Assembly: GCA_024274695.1 (NCBI GenBank)
Contig: JAJSAI010000006.1
Coordinates: forward strand, 1-52,893
Reading direction: 5' to 3'
Length of the DNA: 52,893 bases
Source of the DNA: an archaeon
GTDB lineage: Archaea > B1Sed10-29 > JAJSAI01
This document shows positions 38,675-46,404 of the stretch, in pieces. The position numbers were made by a program, and so were the translations under genes. The notes beneath the pieces are model-generated. The model did no database searches. It was not told the origin of the DNA and was given only the letters and a program-made list of their open reading frames with translations. Every line of letters starts with the position of its first letter. The first letter of the stretch is position 1.

Positions 38675-39139
38675 GTGAATAGAATGTCCGCCGCTCTGGA
38701 AGTTGCCCTGATCGCGTTCCTGGTCTCACTCGGCAGCATAGCCCTGAGCAAGAAAATGGTTGACCAGGACAGGGTAGAGGAAATAAAGGCAAGAATAAAA
38801 GAGTACAACAAGAAGTACCGGAAGGCCCTAAAAGAGAACGATAAGCAGGCTCTCAAGAAACTAGAGGCAGAGGGCAAGGAGGTCACGAGGATGAGCATGG
38901 AACTGATGAAGTACTCCTTCAAGCCCACGATGTTCACGATAATACCCATCCTCATAGTCATAAGCGCGATAAGAGCAAACTACGGGAACCAAGTTGTCGC
39001 GTCACTTCCCCTGATAGGAGGGGTTGACGCGTTCTGGTGGTATGTTATAGTGGCAATGGCCACTAGCATAACCCTAGAAATAGTGTACAGCGCTTACAGG
39101 AGGAGAAAAAAGAATGGTGGAACCAGGAAAAAGGACTAA
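38675..39139 (+). CDS. DUF106 / EMC3-TMCO1 (Oxa1 superfamily) membrane protein
   Basis: TM-coiled coil-TM-TM layout, FKPTMFT and WWY motifs, conserved position after secY. Confidence 0.88.
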   Translation: MNRMSAALEVALIAFLVSLGSIALSKKMVDQDRVEEIKARIKEYNKKYRKALKENDKQALKKLEAEGKEVTRMSMELMKYSFKPTMFTIIPILIVISAIRANYGNQVVASLPLIGGVDAFWWYVIVAMATSITLEIVYSAYRRRKKNGGTRKKD

Positions 39140-39389
39140 GAAGATGAGGAAGATATTCTACAGGACACCAGGAGGAGAAACAAGAACAAGGTACAAGAGA
39201 AGGAAGAGCAAGAAGAAGAGCTGCGAGATCTGCGGGAGGCAGATACAAGGAAAAAGACCCGGCAGAGCGTACTCTCAGAAACTGTGCCCGTCCTGCCTTG
39301 AAGAGTTCCTAAAGGCCAAAGCAAGAGCAGAAGAAGGACAACCCATCCCCCTAAAGTTCAGGCACCTGCTCAAGAGTGAAGCCGAATGA
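39114..39389 (+). CDS. rpl34e: 50S ribosomal protein L34e
   Basis: RTPGG, CEICG, RAYSQKLCPSC. Confidence 0.93.
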   Translation: MVEPGKRTKKMRKIFYRTPGGETRTRYKRRKSKKKSCEICGRQIQGKRPGRAYSQKLCPSCLEEFLKAKARAEEGQPIPLKFRHLLKSEAE

Positions 39390-39898
39390 TAATAGCCATA
39401 AGCGGCACAACAGGCTCGGGAAAAGACACTCTGGCAAAGGAACTCGCGGACAGGCTCGGACTACGCCTCGTGAAAGGAAGCCTGAAGGAGTACGCGAAAA
39501 GAGAAGGAGAAGACGTGCTGGAATTCGTAGAAAGAGAGAATATAATAGAATACGACAAAACGCTTGACCAGAAACTCAAAAAAGAAGCGTCCAAGGGAGA
39601 CTGCGTGATAGCAAGCAGGCTCTCAGCAGCCATGATCGCCCCAAACGCTGACCTAAGAATATGGCTTGACGCACCGGAAGAGGAGAGAGCGAGAAGAATA
39701 GAAAAAAGGGATGGAATAAGAAACGGGCTTGAGTACGTTCGCCTGAGGGACAAAGAAAGCAGGGAAAGATTCATCAAAACATACGGGATAGATTACGCTG
39801 ACCTGAAGTATTATGACATGTACCTGAACACAGCAAAATGGAGGCCAAGACAGCTCGCTGACATTGTAATAAAAGCGCTGGAGGGGATGAAAAAATGA
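39386..39898 (+). CDS. cmk: Cytidylate kinase (archaeal type)
   Basis: ISGTTGSGKDT P-loop, SRLS, RARRI; position between L34e and L14e. Confidence 0.9.
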   Translation: MIIAISGTTGSGKDTLAKELADRLGLRLVKGSLKEYAKREGEDVLEFVERENIIEYDKTLDQKLKKEASKGDCVIASRLSAAMIAPNADLRIWLDAPEEERARRIEKRDGIRNGLEYVRLRDKESRERFIKTYGIDYADLKYYDMYLNTAKWRPRQLADIVIKALEGMKK

Positions 39899-40059
39899 TA
39901 AAAGAAGGAACAGAGTGCATCATCCTTAAGGGAAGTGATGCTGGAAAAAAGGTAGTAGTCAAAAAGGTGCTTGATAACACTTTCGTGGAAATAGAAGGAG
40001 AAAGAGTAAAGAGAAGGAGAATAAACGTAAGGCACATAGAACCCTTGCTCAAGGGCTGA
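39895..40059 (+). CDS. rpl14e: 50S ribosomal protein L14e, short (54 aa); not in the ORF track
   Basis: Manual translation MIKEGTECIILKGSDAGKKVVVKKVLDNTFVEIEGERVKRRRINVRHIEPLLKG*. Confidence 0.92.
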   Translation: MIKEGTECIILKGSDAGKKVVVKKVLDNTFVEIEGERVKRRRINVRHIEPLLKG

Positions 40060-40066
40060 GCAGAAG

Positions 40067-40882
40067 ATGAATGCTCTTGTTCTCGTGGACAAGCCCCCTG
40101 GCATAACCTGCGCCAGAATAGACCTCCTGGTCAGAGAATGGTCAGGGGAAAAAGTAGCGCACGCGGGAACCCTTGACCCGCAGGTCACAGGGGTCCTCCC
40201 ACTCCTGATAGGCAAGAAGGCGATCAAGCTCCTTGAGTACCTGCAGAAGAGCGAGAAGGAGTACGTCTGCCTCATGAGGGTCCAAAACGCGCAGGAAGAA
40301 AGGGTAAAGGAAGTGCTAAAGGAGTTCGTCGGAAAAGTTTACCAGACTCCCCCCGAAACCTCTGCGGTCGCGAAGAAGACGAGGGTCAGGAAGATATACA
40401 GGATAGACATTCTGGACATAGACGGAGATTACTTTCTCATAAAAGTGGCCTGCCAGCACGGGACATACATCCGCGTTCTCGTCAGGGACGTGGGAAGAGT
40501 GCTCGGGACAAAAACAGAAATGATAGAACTAAGGAGGATCAGGAGCAACGGGTTCTCAGAAGAAGAATGCGTTCCACTCGTCAGGCTAAAGGACGCGCTG
40601 AGCCTAGAGAACCCTCCAGAAGGAGTCCTCCTTCCTCTGGAAGAGGCAGTAAGGAGTCTTCCGAAGATAAAGGTTAAGAAAACTGCTGAAAAGAATATCA
40701 TAAAGGGAGCCCCGGTCATGGCCCCCGGGGTTCTTGAGAAAAATGGACACATACAAAAAGGAAAGCCTGTCGCAATACTTTCAGAGGACGGAAAGCTGAT
40801 CGGCGTTGGGATAGCGGAGTATGATAAAAACGAGTTTCCAGAGAGAGGGATTGTGGTAAGGACTCGGAAGGTCCTTGCGTAA
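40067..40882 (+). CDS. cbf5: Pseudouridine synthase Cbf5 (TruB family, PUA domain)
   Basis: DKPPG, HAGTLDP, KEYVC, GTYIR, APGV. Confidence 0.96.
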   Translation: MNALVLVDKPPGITCARIDLLVREWSGEKVAHAGTLDPQVTGVLPLLIGKKAIKLLEYLQKSEKEYVCLMRVQNAQEERVKEVLKEFVGKVYQTPPETSAVAKKTRVRKIYRIDILDIDGDYFLIKVACQHGTYIRVLVRDVGRVLGTKTEMIELRRIRSNGFSEEECVPLVRLKDALSLENPPEGVLLPLEEAVRSLPKIKVKKTAEKNIIKGAPVMAPGVLEKNGHIQKGKPVAILSEDGKLIGVGIAEYDKNEFPERGIVVRTRKVLA

Positions 40883-40919
40883 ACATTAAAATAACCTCTT
40901 CGGAAAAAGTATTAACAAT

Positions 40920-41002
40920 GCCGGGATTGCGGAGTGGTTAACGCGCCAGCCTGGAGAGCTGGTGGGCTTCGGCCCACGTGGGTTCGAATCCCACTCCCGG
41001 CG
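40920..41002 (+). tRNA. tRNA-Ser(GGA)
   Basis: Identical to tRNA-Ser(TGA) at 4634 except position 34. Confidence 0.96.
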
Positions 41003-41003
41003 T

Positions 41004-41051
41004 AGCCGGCCGGTGGCAGGAGGGTAGAGGGAACCCGCTGGAGGTTCCCCT
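41004..41051 (-). mobile_element. Family A element, inverted, between duplicated tRNA-Ser 3' ends
   Basis: Direct repeat TCCC(A/G)CTCCCGGCGT at 40989-41003 and 41052-41066; reverse complement 36/41 identical to 9618-9658. Confidence 0.75.
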
Positions 41052-41090
41052 TCCCGCTCCCGGCGTCATTAACAGCGCCCGCGGAGGACA

Positions 41091-41219
41091 GAAACCTTTT
41101 TAAACACCAGCATGAGAAAAAATAATACTCCTTTGGAGAGTACTTGGGAAAAACTGGCGAGGCCTTTCGGCCGGTGACCTACAGATAACCCCGCAAATTG
41201 TTTGAGGATCGGTGAATGT
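41091..41219 (+). promoter_or_regulatory. BRE/TATA plus ~93-nt leader of the rps13 operon
   Basis: GAAACC-TTTTTAAA; GGCC-TTTC-GGCC hairpin; GGTGA SD; motifs shared with the rpl3 leader. Confidence 0.55.
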
Positions 41220-41678
41220 ATGGCAGAGTTCAAAGGACGTCTTAGGATAGCCGGGAAAGACGTTGACGGAAACCTCCCCATACCCAAAGCCCTGAAACTG
41301 ATAAAGGGCATAGGAACGAACCTTGCTGACAGCATAGCCAAGGTGTTCTCTGCATAAGCAGGCGTCGCTTTTTCAGAGAAAGCAGGGAACCTTACTGAAG
41401 AACAGATAGCACTAATAGAAAAGATAATAGCCAACCCGACAGCCTACGGTATTCCAGCGTACATGGTGAACAGAAGAAAAGATCCCGAGACAGGGGAGGA
41501 TGTACACCTCACAGGCTCTGACCTTGACTTCGCAATAAAACAGGACAAAGAAAAGCACATGGCCCTGAAGAGCTGGAAGGGAGTAAGGTACGCTGCAGGA
41601 CTCCCTGTAAGGGGCCAGAGGACCAGAACCATGGGAAGAAAGGGTAAGACCGTTGGAGTGCACAGGAAGAAGAAGTGA
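41220..41678 (+). CDS. rps13: 30S ribosomal protein S13 with in-frame TAA at codon 46 (41355-41357)
   Basis: MAEFKGRLRIAGKDVDGN...IKGIG...FSA*AGVAF...NRRKD...GLPVRGQRTR, all in one frame. Confidence 0.93.
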
Positions 41679-41683
41679 TACTC

Positions 41684-42238
41684 ATGGGAGATCCTAGGAG
41701 ACTGAGGAAAAAGTATGACACCCCAAACCACCCTTGGGAGAAGAAAAGGATAGAAGAAGAAAAAAAGCTCGTTATAGAGTACGGTCTTAAGAACAAGAGA
41801 GAGCTCTGGCGCGCCCAGACATTGCTCAGGAAGTACAGACACCTCGCAAGAAGCCTTGTAGGACTTCCTCAAGAAGAGAGGGCAGACAAGGAAAAGGTTA
41901 TCCTCGGCAAAATGATTGACCTCGGGCTGATAAAAGAGGGAGGAAGCCTTGATGATATCCTGTCCCTGAAGGTGGAGGATATTCTTGAAAGAAGGCTTCA
42001 GACCCTCGTGTGGAAGAAGGGAATGGCTCTGACGCCAAAACAGGCGAGGCAGTTCATCGTGCACGGGCACATACAAGTCAACGGAAGGCGCACTACCGCG
42101 CCAGGGATGATCGTGGACAAGAAAACAGAGCCCACAATAGACTGGGTCAAGGAACCCATACAACTGGCTCCGCCGAAACAGCAGGCGATGGTGGAAGCGC
42201 AGGATAAAGCAATAGGAGAAGGTGAGTCGAATGCCTGA
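41684..42238 (+). CDS. rps4: 30S ribosomal protein S4
   Basis: [31 protein letters not shown]. Confidence 0.97.
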   Translation: MGDPRRLRKKYDTPNHPWEKKRIEEEKKLVIEYGLKNKRELWRAQTLLRKYRHLARSLVGLPQEERADKEKVILGKMIDLGLIKEGGSLDDILSLKVEDILERRLQTLVWKKGMALTPKQARQFIVHGHIQVNGRRTTAPGMIVDKKTEPTIDWVKEPIQLAPPKQQAMVEAQDKAIGEGESNA

Positions 42239-42617
42239 ACACTGGGGCGTAGCACACATTTACTCTAGCCAGAACAACACGATAATCACCCTGACAGACC
42301 TCACAGGGGCTGAAACAATAGCAAAATGCTCTGGCGGCATGGTGGTGGACGCGCAGAGAAAAGAAGGAAGCCCCTACGCCGCAATGCTCGCGGCCCAAAA
42401 GGTTGCCGAGATAGCAAAAGCAAAGGGAATAACAGGAGTGCACATAAAAGTGAGAGCCCCAGGAGGCCACTTCAGCAAGATACCTGGGCCAGGAGCACAA
42501 GCGTGCATAAGAGCCCTCGCGAGAAGCGGTCTCAGGATAGGAAGGATAGAGGACGTTACCCCAATACCACACGACACCACCAGAAGACCTGGTGGAAAGA
42601 GAGGAAGAAGACCATGA
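42231..42617 (+). CDS. rps11: 30S ribosomal protein S11
   Basis: [27 protein letters not shown]. Confidence 0.97.
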   Translation: MPEHWGVAHIYSSQNNTIITLTDLTGAETIAKCSGGMVVDAQRKEGSPYAAMLAAQKVAEIAKAKGITGVHIKVRAPGGHFSKIPGPGAQACIRALARSGLRIGRIEDVTPIPHDTTRRPGGKRGRRP

Positions 42618-43213
42618 AGCTCACCATAAAAAAAGAGGACGAGAACAGGATAAAATTCGAGCTTACTGACGCGAACTACGCGTACGCGAACGCCCTGAGG
42701 AGAACACTCATGAGAGAAGTTCCCGTTATGGCAGTAAGAGAAATAGACCTGTACGAGAACACGAGCAGCATATTCCCGGAGTACATCGCCCACAGGATAG
42801 GAATGATCCCCCTCAAAACAGACCTGAAAAGGTACGTGCTTCCCGAAGAATGCTGCGGAGGCAACTGCTCAAAATGCTCCACCATACTAACCCTTGACGT
42901 GGAAGGGCCTAGAACAGTGTACGCGGAGGACCTCAAACCAACAGACCCTAACATCTCCCCGGTGTACGGGAGGATCCCAATAATAAAGCTGGCCGAGGGC
43001 CAGAGGCTAAGGCTGGAAGCAAAAGCAGTGCTCGGAAAGGCAAAGGACCACGCAAGATGGCAAGCGTGTCACGTGACATACAACACGAGCAACGGGAAAG
43101 ACTTCAAGTTCGAGCTGGAATCCTACGGTAACCTGCCCGCCAAGAAGATTCTTGAAAAAGGGATAAAAATACTTGAGGCCCAGGTCAAGGAGATAAAACA
43201 GAAGGTCAAATGA
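42614..43213 (+). CDS. rpoD: RNA polymerase subunit D (Rpo3), short form
   Basis: [34 protein letters not shown]; 199 aa. Confidence 0.96.
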   Translation: MKLTIKKEDENRIKFELTDANYAYANALRRTLMREVPVMAVREIDLYENTSSIFPEYIAHRIGMIPLKTDLKRYVLPEECCGGNCSKCSTILTLDVEGPRTVYAEDLKPTDPNISPVYGRIPIIKLAEGQRLRLEAKAVLGKAKDHARWQACHVTYNTSNGKDFKFELESYGNLPAKKILEKGIKILEAQVKEIKQKVK

Positions 43214-43229
43214 AGGAGAGGACGCAGCC

Positions 43230-43595
43230 ATGAAGAGAACAGAAAAGAAGGCAAGAGAAAAAACAAACCCGTTCATACTAGAGACTGTGATAGCCCTCAA
43301 CAAGACGAAGGCAAGAGTATGGAGGGACGTTGCCGAGAGGATAGTGGCGCCCACGAGGCAGATCAAGGGAGTTCCCCTGTGGAGGATAAACAAGTACACC
43401 AACGAAGGGGACACGATAGTGGTGCCCGGGAAAGTTCTTGGCAACGGGAATATTGACCACAAGGTGACAGTGGCAGCATTGTCCTACTCGCAGGCCGCAC
43501 TTGAAAAGCTCAAGGCGGCCAAGTGCAAAACGCTCACAATAAGAGAACTGTCCAAAAAGAATCCCAAGGGCAGCGGGGTCAAGATCATAGGGTGA
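43230..43595 (+). CDS. rpl18e: 50S ribosomal protein L18e
   Basis: KTNP, VVPGKVLG, NPKGS. Confidence 0.96.
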   Translation: MKRTEKKAREKTNPFILETVIALNKTKARVWRDVAERIVAPTRQIKGVPLWRINKYTNEGDTIVVPGKVLGNGNIDHKVTVAALSYSQAALEKLKAAKCKTLTIRELSKKNPKGSGVKIIG

Positions 43596-43602
43596 AAGGA
43601 GA

Positions 43603-44022
43603 ATGAAAGTCTACGACGGGGAAAACAGTGTTCTCGGAAGACTCGCCTCCAGAGTAGCACAGGACCTGCTGGAGGGAGAGGAAGTCAGGATAATAAACGC
43701 TGAAAAGATAGTCATCACAGGAAACGAAAAGGACATAAAAGCTAAGTACGCGCACAGGTTCCAGCAGCTCACAAACGCAGCAAACCCTCGGAAAGGACCC
43801 AACAGGAGCAGGAGACCAGACTACTTCGTGAAAAGGGTCATAAGAGGAATGGTCCCAAGGAAAACAGCAAGAGGAAGAGAGGCCCTCTCCCGTCTAAAAG
43901 TTTACATCGCAGATCCTGAGCAGCTAAAAGAAAAGGCAGAAAAGTACGCTGAGTGCAGGAGCCGGAAGAAAATGACCGTGCTCGAGCTGTGCACGTGGCT
44001 CGGGTGGAGGGGTAGAGCATGA
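43603..44022 (+). CDS. rpl13: 50S ribosomal protein L13
   Basis: LGRLAS, NAEK, RVIRGMVP. Confidence 0.96.
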   Translation: MKVYDGENSVLGRLASRVAQDLLEGEEVRIINAEKIVITGNEKDIKAKYAHRFQQLTNAANPRKGPNRSRRPDYFVKRVIRGMVPRKTARGREALSRLKVYIADPEQLKEKAEKYAECRSRKKMTVLELCTWLGWRGRA

Positions 44023-44456
44023 CCGCGAAGAAAAAGAAAGAGGAAAAGATAGTCCTTGCAAGAGGAAAGAAGAAGAGCGCGGTAGCAAGAGCGAGAATAC
44101 GCGCGGGGCCCAAGAGCCTGAAGATAAACGGCAGGCCCGTGGAGACACTTAACCCTAAGATAGTCCAGGAGATAATAACCGAGCCCATAAAGCTTGCTGA
44201 GAACGTGCTCGGCGAGGGGTTCGACAACAACCTTGACATTGATGTTAACGTTTACGGCGGAGGGATAATGGGCCAAGCGTTCGCCACAAGAACCGCGATC
44301 GGGAAGGCACTGATCGCATGGACAGAATCAGAAGAGCTCAAAAAACTCTTCTCAGAGTATGACACCACCCTCGTGAAAGAGGACGTGAGGAGAAAAGAGC
44401 CTAAGAAGTACCTCAGGAAGGGAGCGAGAGCAAGGCCCACAACGTCGTACAGGTGA
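44019..44456 (+). CDS. rps9: 30S ribosomal protein S9
   Basis: [32 protein letters not shown]. Confidence 0.97.
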   Translation: MTAKKKKEEKIVLARGKKKSAVARARIRAGPKSLKINGRPVETLNPKIVQEIITEPIKLAENVLGEGFDNNLDIDVNVYGGGIMGQAFATRTAIGKALIAWTESEELKKLFSEYDTTLVKEDVRRKEPKKYLRKGARARPTTSYR

Positions 44457-44463
44457 GAAAAAC

Positions 44464-44658
44464 ATGATGATCCCAGTAAGGTGCTTCTCCTGCGGCAAGC
44501 CCATAGGACACCTGTGGGAAGAGTACAAGAACAGAATAAAAGAAGAGGATCCAGAGAAAGTGCTGGACTCGCTCGGACTAGAAAGGTACTGCTGCAGGAG
44601 AATGCTTATATCCCACGTTGACCTCATAGACGATATAATCGCGTACGACCAGAAATGA
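44464..44658 (+). CDS. rpoN: RNA polymerase subunit N (Rpo10)
   Basis: [16 protein letters not shown]. Confidence 0.98.
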   Translation: MMIPVRCFSCGKPIGHLWEEYKNRIKEEDPEKVLDSLGLERYCCRRMLISHVDLIDDIIAYDQK

Positions 44659-44682
44659 AAAAAAAGCCCCCTGCTACTATCC

Positions 44683-44758
44683 GGGGCCGTGGGGTAGCCT
44701 GGCAGCCTTTCACCTTGGGGTGGTGGCGACCCGAGTTCAAATCTCGGCGGCCCCACCA
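44683..44758 (+). tRNA. tRNA-Pro(GGG), intronless
   Basis: GGGGCCG/CGGCCCC; TCACC-TTGGGGT-GGTGG; CCA. Confidence 0.96.
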
Positions 44759-44794
44759 AATAAGGGCGCCTTCCCCGCCCTTATGAACCCTTCC
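44759..44794 (+). repeat. Hairpin element directly after the tRNA-Pro CCA
   Basis: ATAAGGGCG/CGCCCTTAT stem plus GAACCCTTCC tail; related to 9661-9693. Confidence 0.65.
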
Positions 44795-44823
44795 GTGCCG
44801 AATAAAAGTGAATTTCCCCCGCC

Positions 44824-44900
44824 GCGCGGTTAGTCTAGTCTGGTTAGGACATTGGCCTTCCAAGCCAATGACCCGGGTTCGAATCCCGGACCGCGCACCA
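44824..44900 (+). tRNA. tRNA-Gly(TCC)
   Basis: GCGCGGT/ACCGCGC; TTGGC-CTTCCAA-GCCAA; CCA. Confidence 0.96.
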
Positions 44901-44953
44901 CCACCCAAGAACTACAAACAGTTTTAAAGCACTCCTCTTTCTCTTATACTCTG

Positions 44954-46051
44954 ATGAAAAAGTTCAGAGAACTCAGCCTGCAGGAAAGAACAGAACTGCT
45001 AGGGATAGGGAAAAAGCTCTTAGAACGTTCCCTGGCCCCTGAAGACCTTGAAAGGATAGGCGAGAACCCTGCAGGCGTGCACGAGCTCCCCATCAGGATC
45101 CTGGACAGGCTGCCCGTGAACGGCAGGGAGTACACCGTGCCCCTGGTGACAGAAGAGGCTTCTGTTGTGGCCGGCGCGTGCTACGGGGCCAAGCTCTGCA
45201 GGCTTGCCGGAGGAATCCAAGCTAATGTCACAGAATCGCTGGCAAGAGCACAGGTCCTGCTGACGAGACCCTTAAAAAAGTTTGACAAGCGCAGGCTCCT
45301 GGAAAAAGCCAATGAAGGGCACAAGCATTCCAGGGCCGTTGACATTATAATAAAAAATGCTGGCAGTAAGAGGGTTCTGGAAATAGTTTTTGACCCGGGA
45401 GATGCCATGGGGGCTGCTGTGGCGAGCAGTATGGCCGAGGCAGTATCCGAGGAAATAGGCCAGGGTCTGGGGAGAGTGGTTTGCAACAAGTACGGGAGGA
45501 GAGTGCGCGCGAGCGTCAGAATCCCCGTGCAGTTGCTCGAACGAAAGCATGATGGAAGAACGATTCCTGGAGAGGAGGTCGCGCGCAGGATACAAAAGCT
45601 GAGCGAGTGGGCAGAGTCAGACCCTGACAGGGCAGTCACCCACAACAAAGGAATCATGAACGGGATCACGGCAGTCGCTCTCGCCACAGGACAAGACACC
45701 AGGGCAATAGAAGCAGCATGCCACGCGCACGCCGCCGCTAACGGAGATTATTCTCCCCTGAGCAGGTGGAGGGTTTCAGAGAAAGTGCTAGAGGGAACGC
45801 TTGAAGCAGTACTCCCGTGCGGGATTGTGGGCGGAGAACTGAAAACCTATCCGAAAACAAGGATTGCTTTGGAGATAATGGGCGTGCGCAGCGCGAACGA
45901 GCTTGCGCAGGTCATGGCAGGGGTTGGACTGGCACAGAACCTTGCTGCTTTGAGCATGCTCGCGACCATAGGCGTAACCAAAGGCCACGGAGGCCACAGG
46001 ATCCGGCTGACACCCTCAGAGGAGAAGGAAACCAATAAAAGCAGGTGGTAA
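44954..46051 (+). CDS. mvaA: HMG-CoA reductase, class II type
   Basis: TEEASVVA, GDAMGA, RAVTHNKGIMNG, ATGQDTRAIEA, GLAQNLAAL; ATG at 44954 after TTTTAAA. Confidence 0.92.
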   Translation: MKKFRELSLQERTELLGIGKKLLERSLAPEDLERIGENPAGVHELPIRILDRLPVNGREYTVPLVTEEASVVAGACYGAKLCRLAGGIQANVTESLARAQVLLTRPLKKFDKRRLLEKANEGHKHSRAVDIIIKNAGSKRVLEIVFDPGDAMGAAVASSMAEAVSEEIGQGLGRVVCNKYGRRVRASVRIPVQLLERKHDGRTIPGEEVARRIQKLSEWAESDPDRAVTHNKGIMNGITAVALATGQDTRAIEAACHAHAAANGDYSPLSRWRVSEKVLEGTLEAVLPCGIVGGELKTYPKTRIALEIMGVRSANELAQVMAGVGLAQNLAALSMLATIGVTKGHGGHRIRLTPSEEKETNKSRW

Positions 46052-46067
46052 CAGAATAAAGGATAGC

Positions 46068-46235
46068 GCGGGAGTCGCCTAGCCAGGTATGGCGCTGGAC
46101 TCAAGGAACCCTTTCCGCTGGGCGCGCGAAAGCGTTCACGGAAAAGTTGGGGACATCCAGTGGCTTAGTGTGTTTCGCCCTCCGAAGGACGGAGCGCGAG
46201 AACTGCCGCCGAGGGTTCAAATCCCTCCTCCCGCA
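46068..46235 (+). tRNA. tRNA-Leu(CAA) with 49-nt 37/38 intron (46106-46154) and ~35-nt variable-arm insert (about 46169-46203)
   Basis: Removing both inserts gives a body colinear with tRNA-Leu(TAG); CTGGA/TCCAG anticodon stem. Confidence 0.9.
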
Positions 46236-46285
46236 TCAAGAAAAAGGAAGGGGGTAACAGGGGGAAACCAATGGGTGTCCCCCGT
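46236..46285 (-). mobile_element. Family A element, inverted, between duplicated tRNA-Leu 3' ends
   Basis: Perfect 20-bp direct repeat TTCAAATCCCTCCTCCCGCA at 46216-46235 and 46286-46305; reverse complement resembles the start of the Pro(TGG) intron. Confidence 0.75.
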
Positions 46286-46404
46286 TTCAAATCCCTCCTC
46301 CCGCACCAGCATCCTGCAAGCCTGCCGAAAGAGTATTAAAGGTATTCAAAGGAAAATCCAAACAGACGACCTCAAAAAAAAGCGTGACAGAGGAGGGTAC
46401 AGGC

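Noticed and set aside
41355-41357. Genome-wide TAA reassignment
   Set aside because: TAA ends several conserved genes at the expected positions, and I noticed no other internal TAA in conserved genes
46286-46308. 3' half of a split (trans-spliced) tRNA
   Set aside because: It lacks the 5' strand of the T-stem and an evident promoter, and the upstream tRNA-Leu is already complete; better explained as a target duplication
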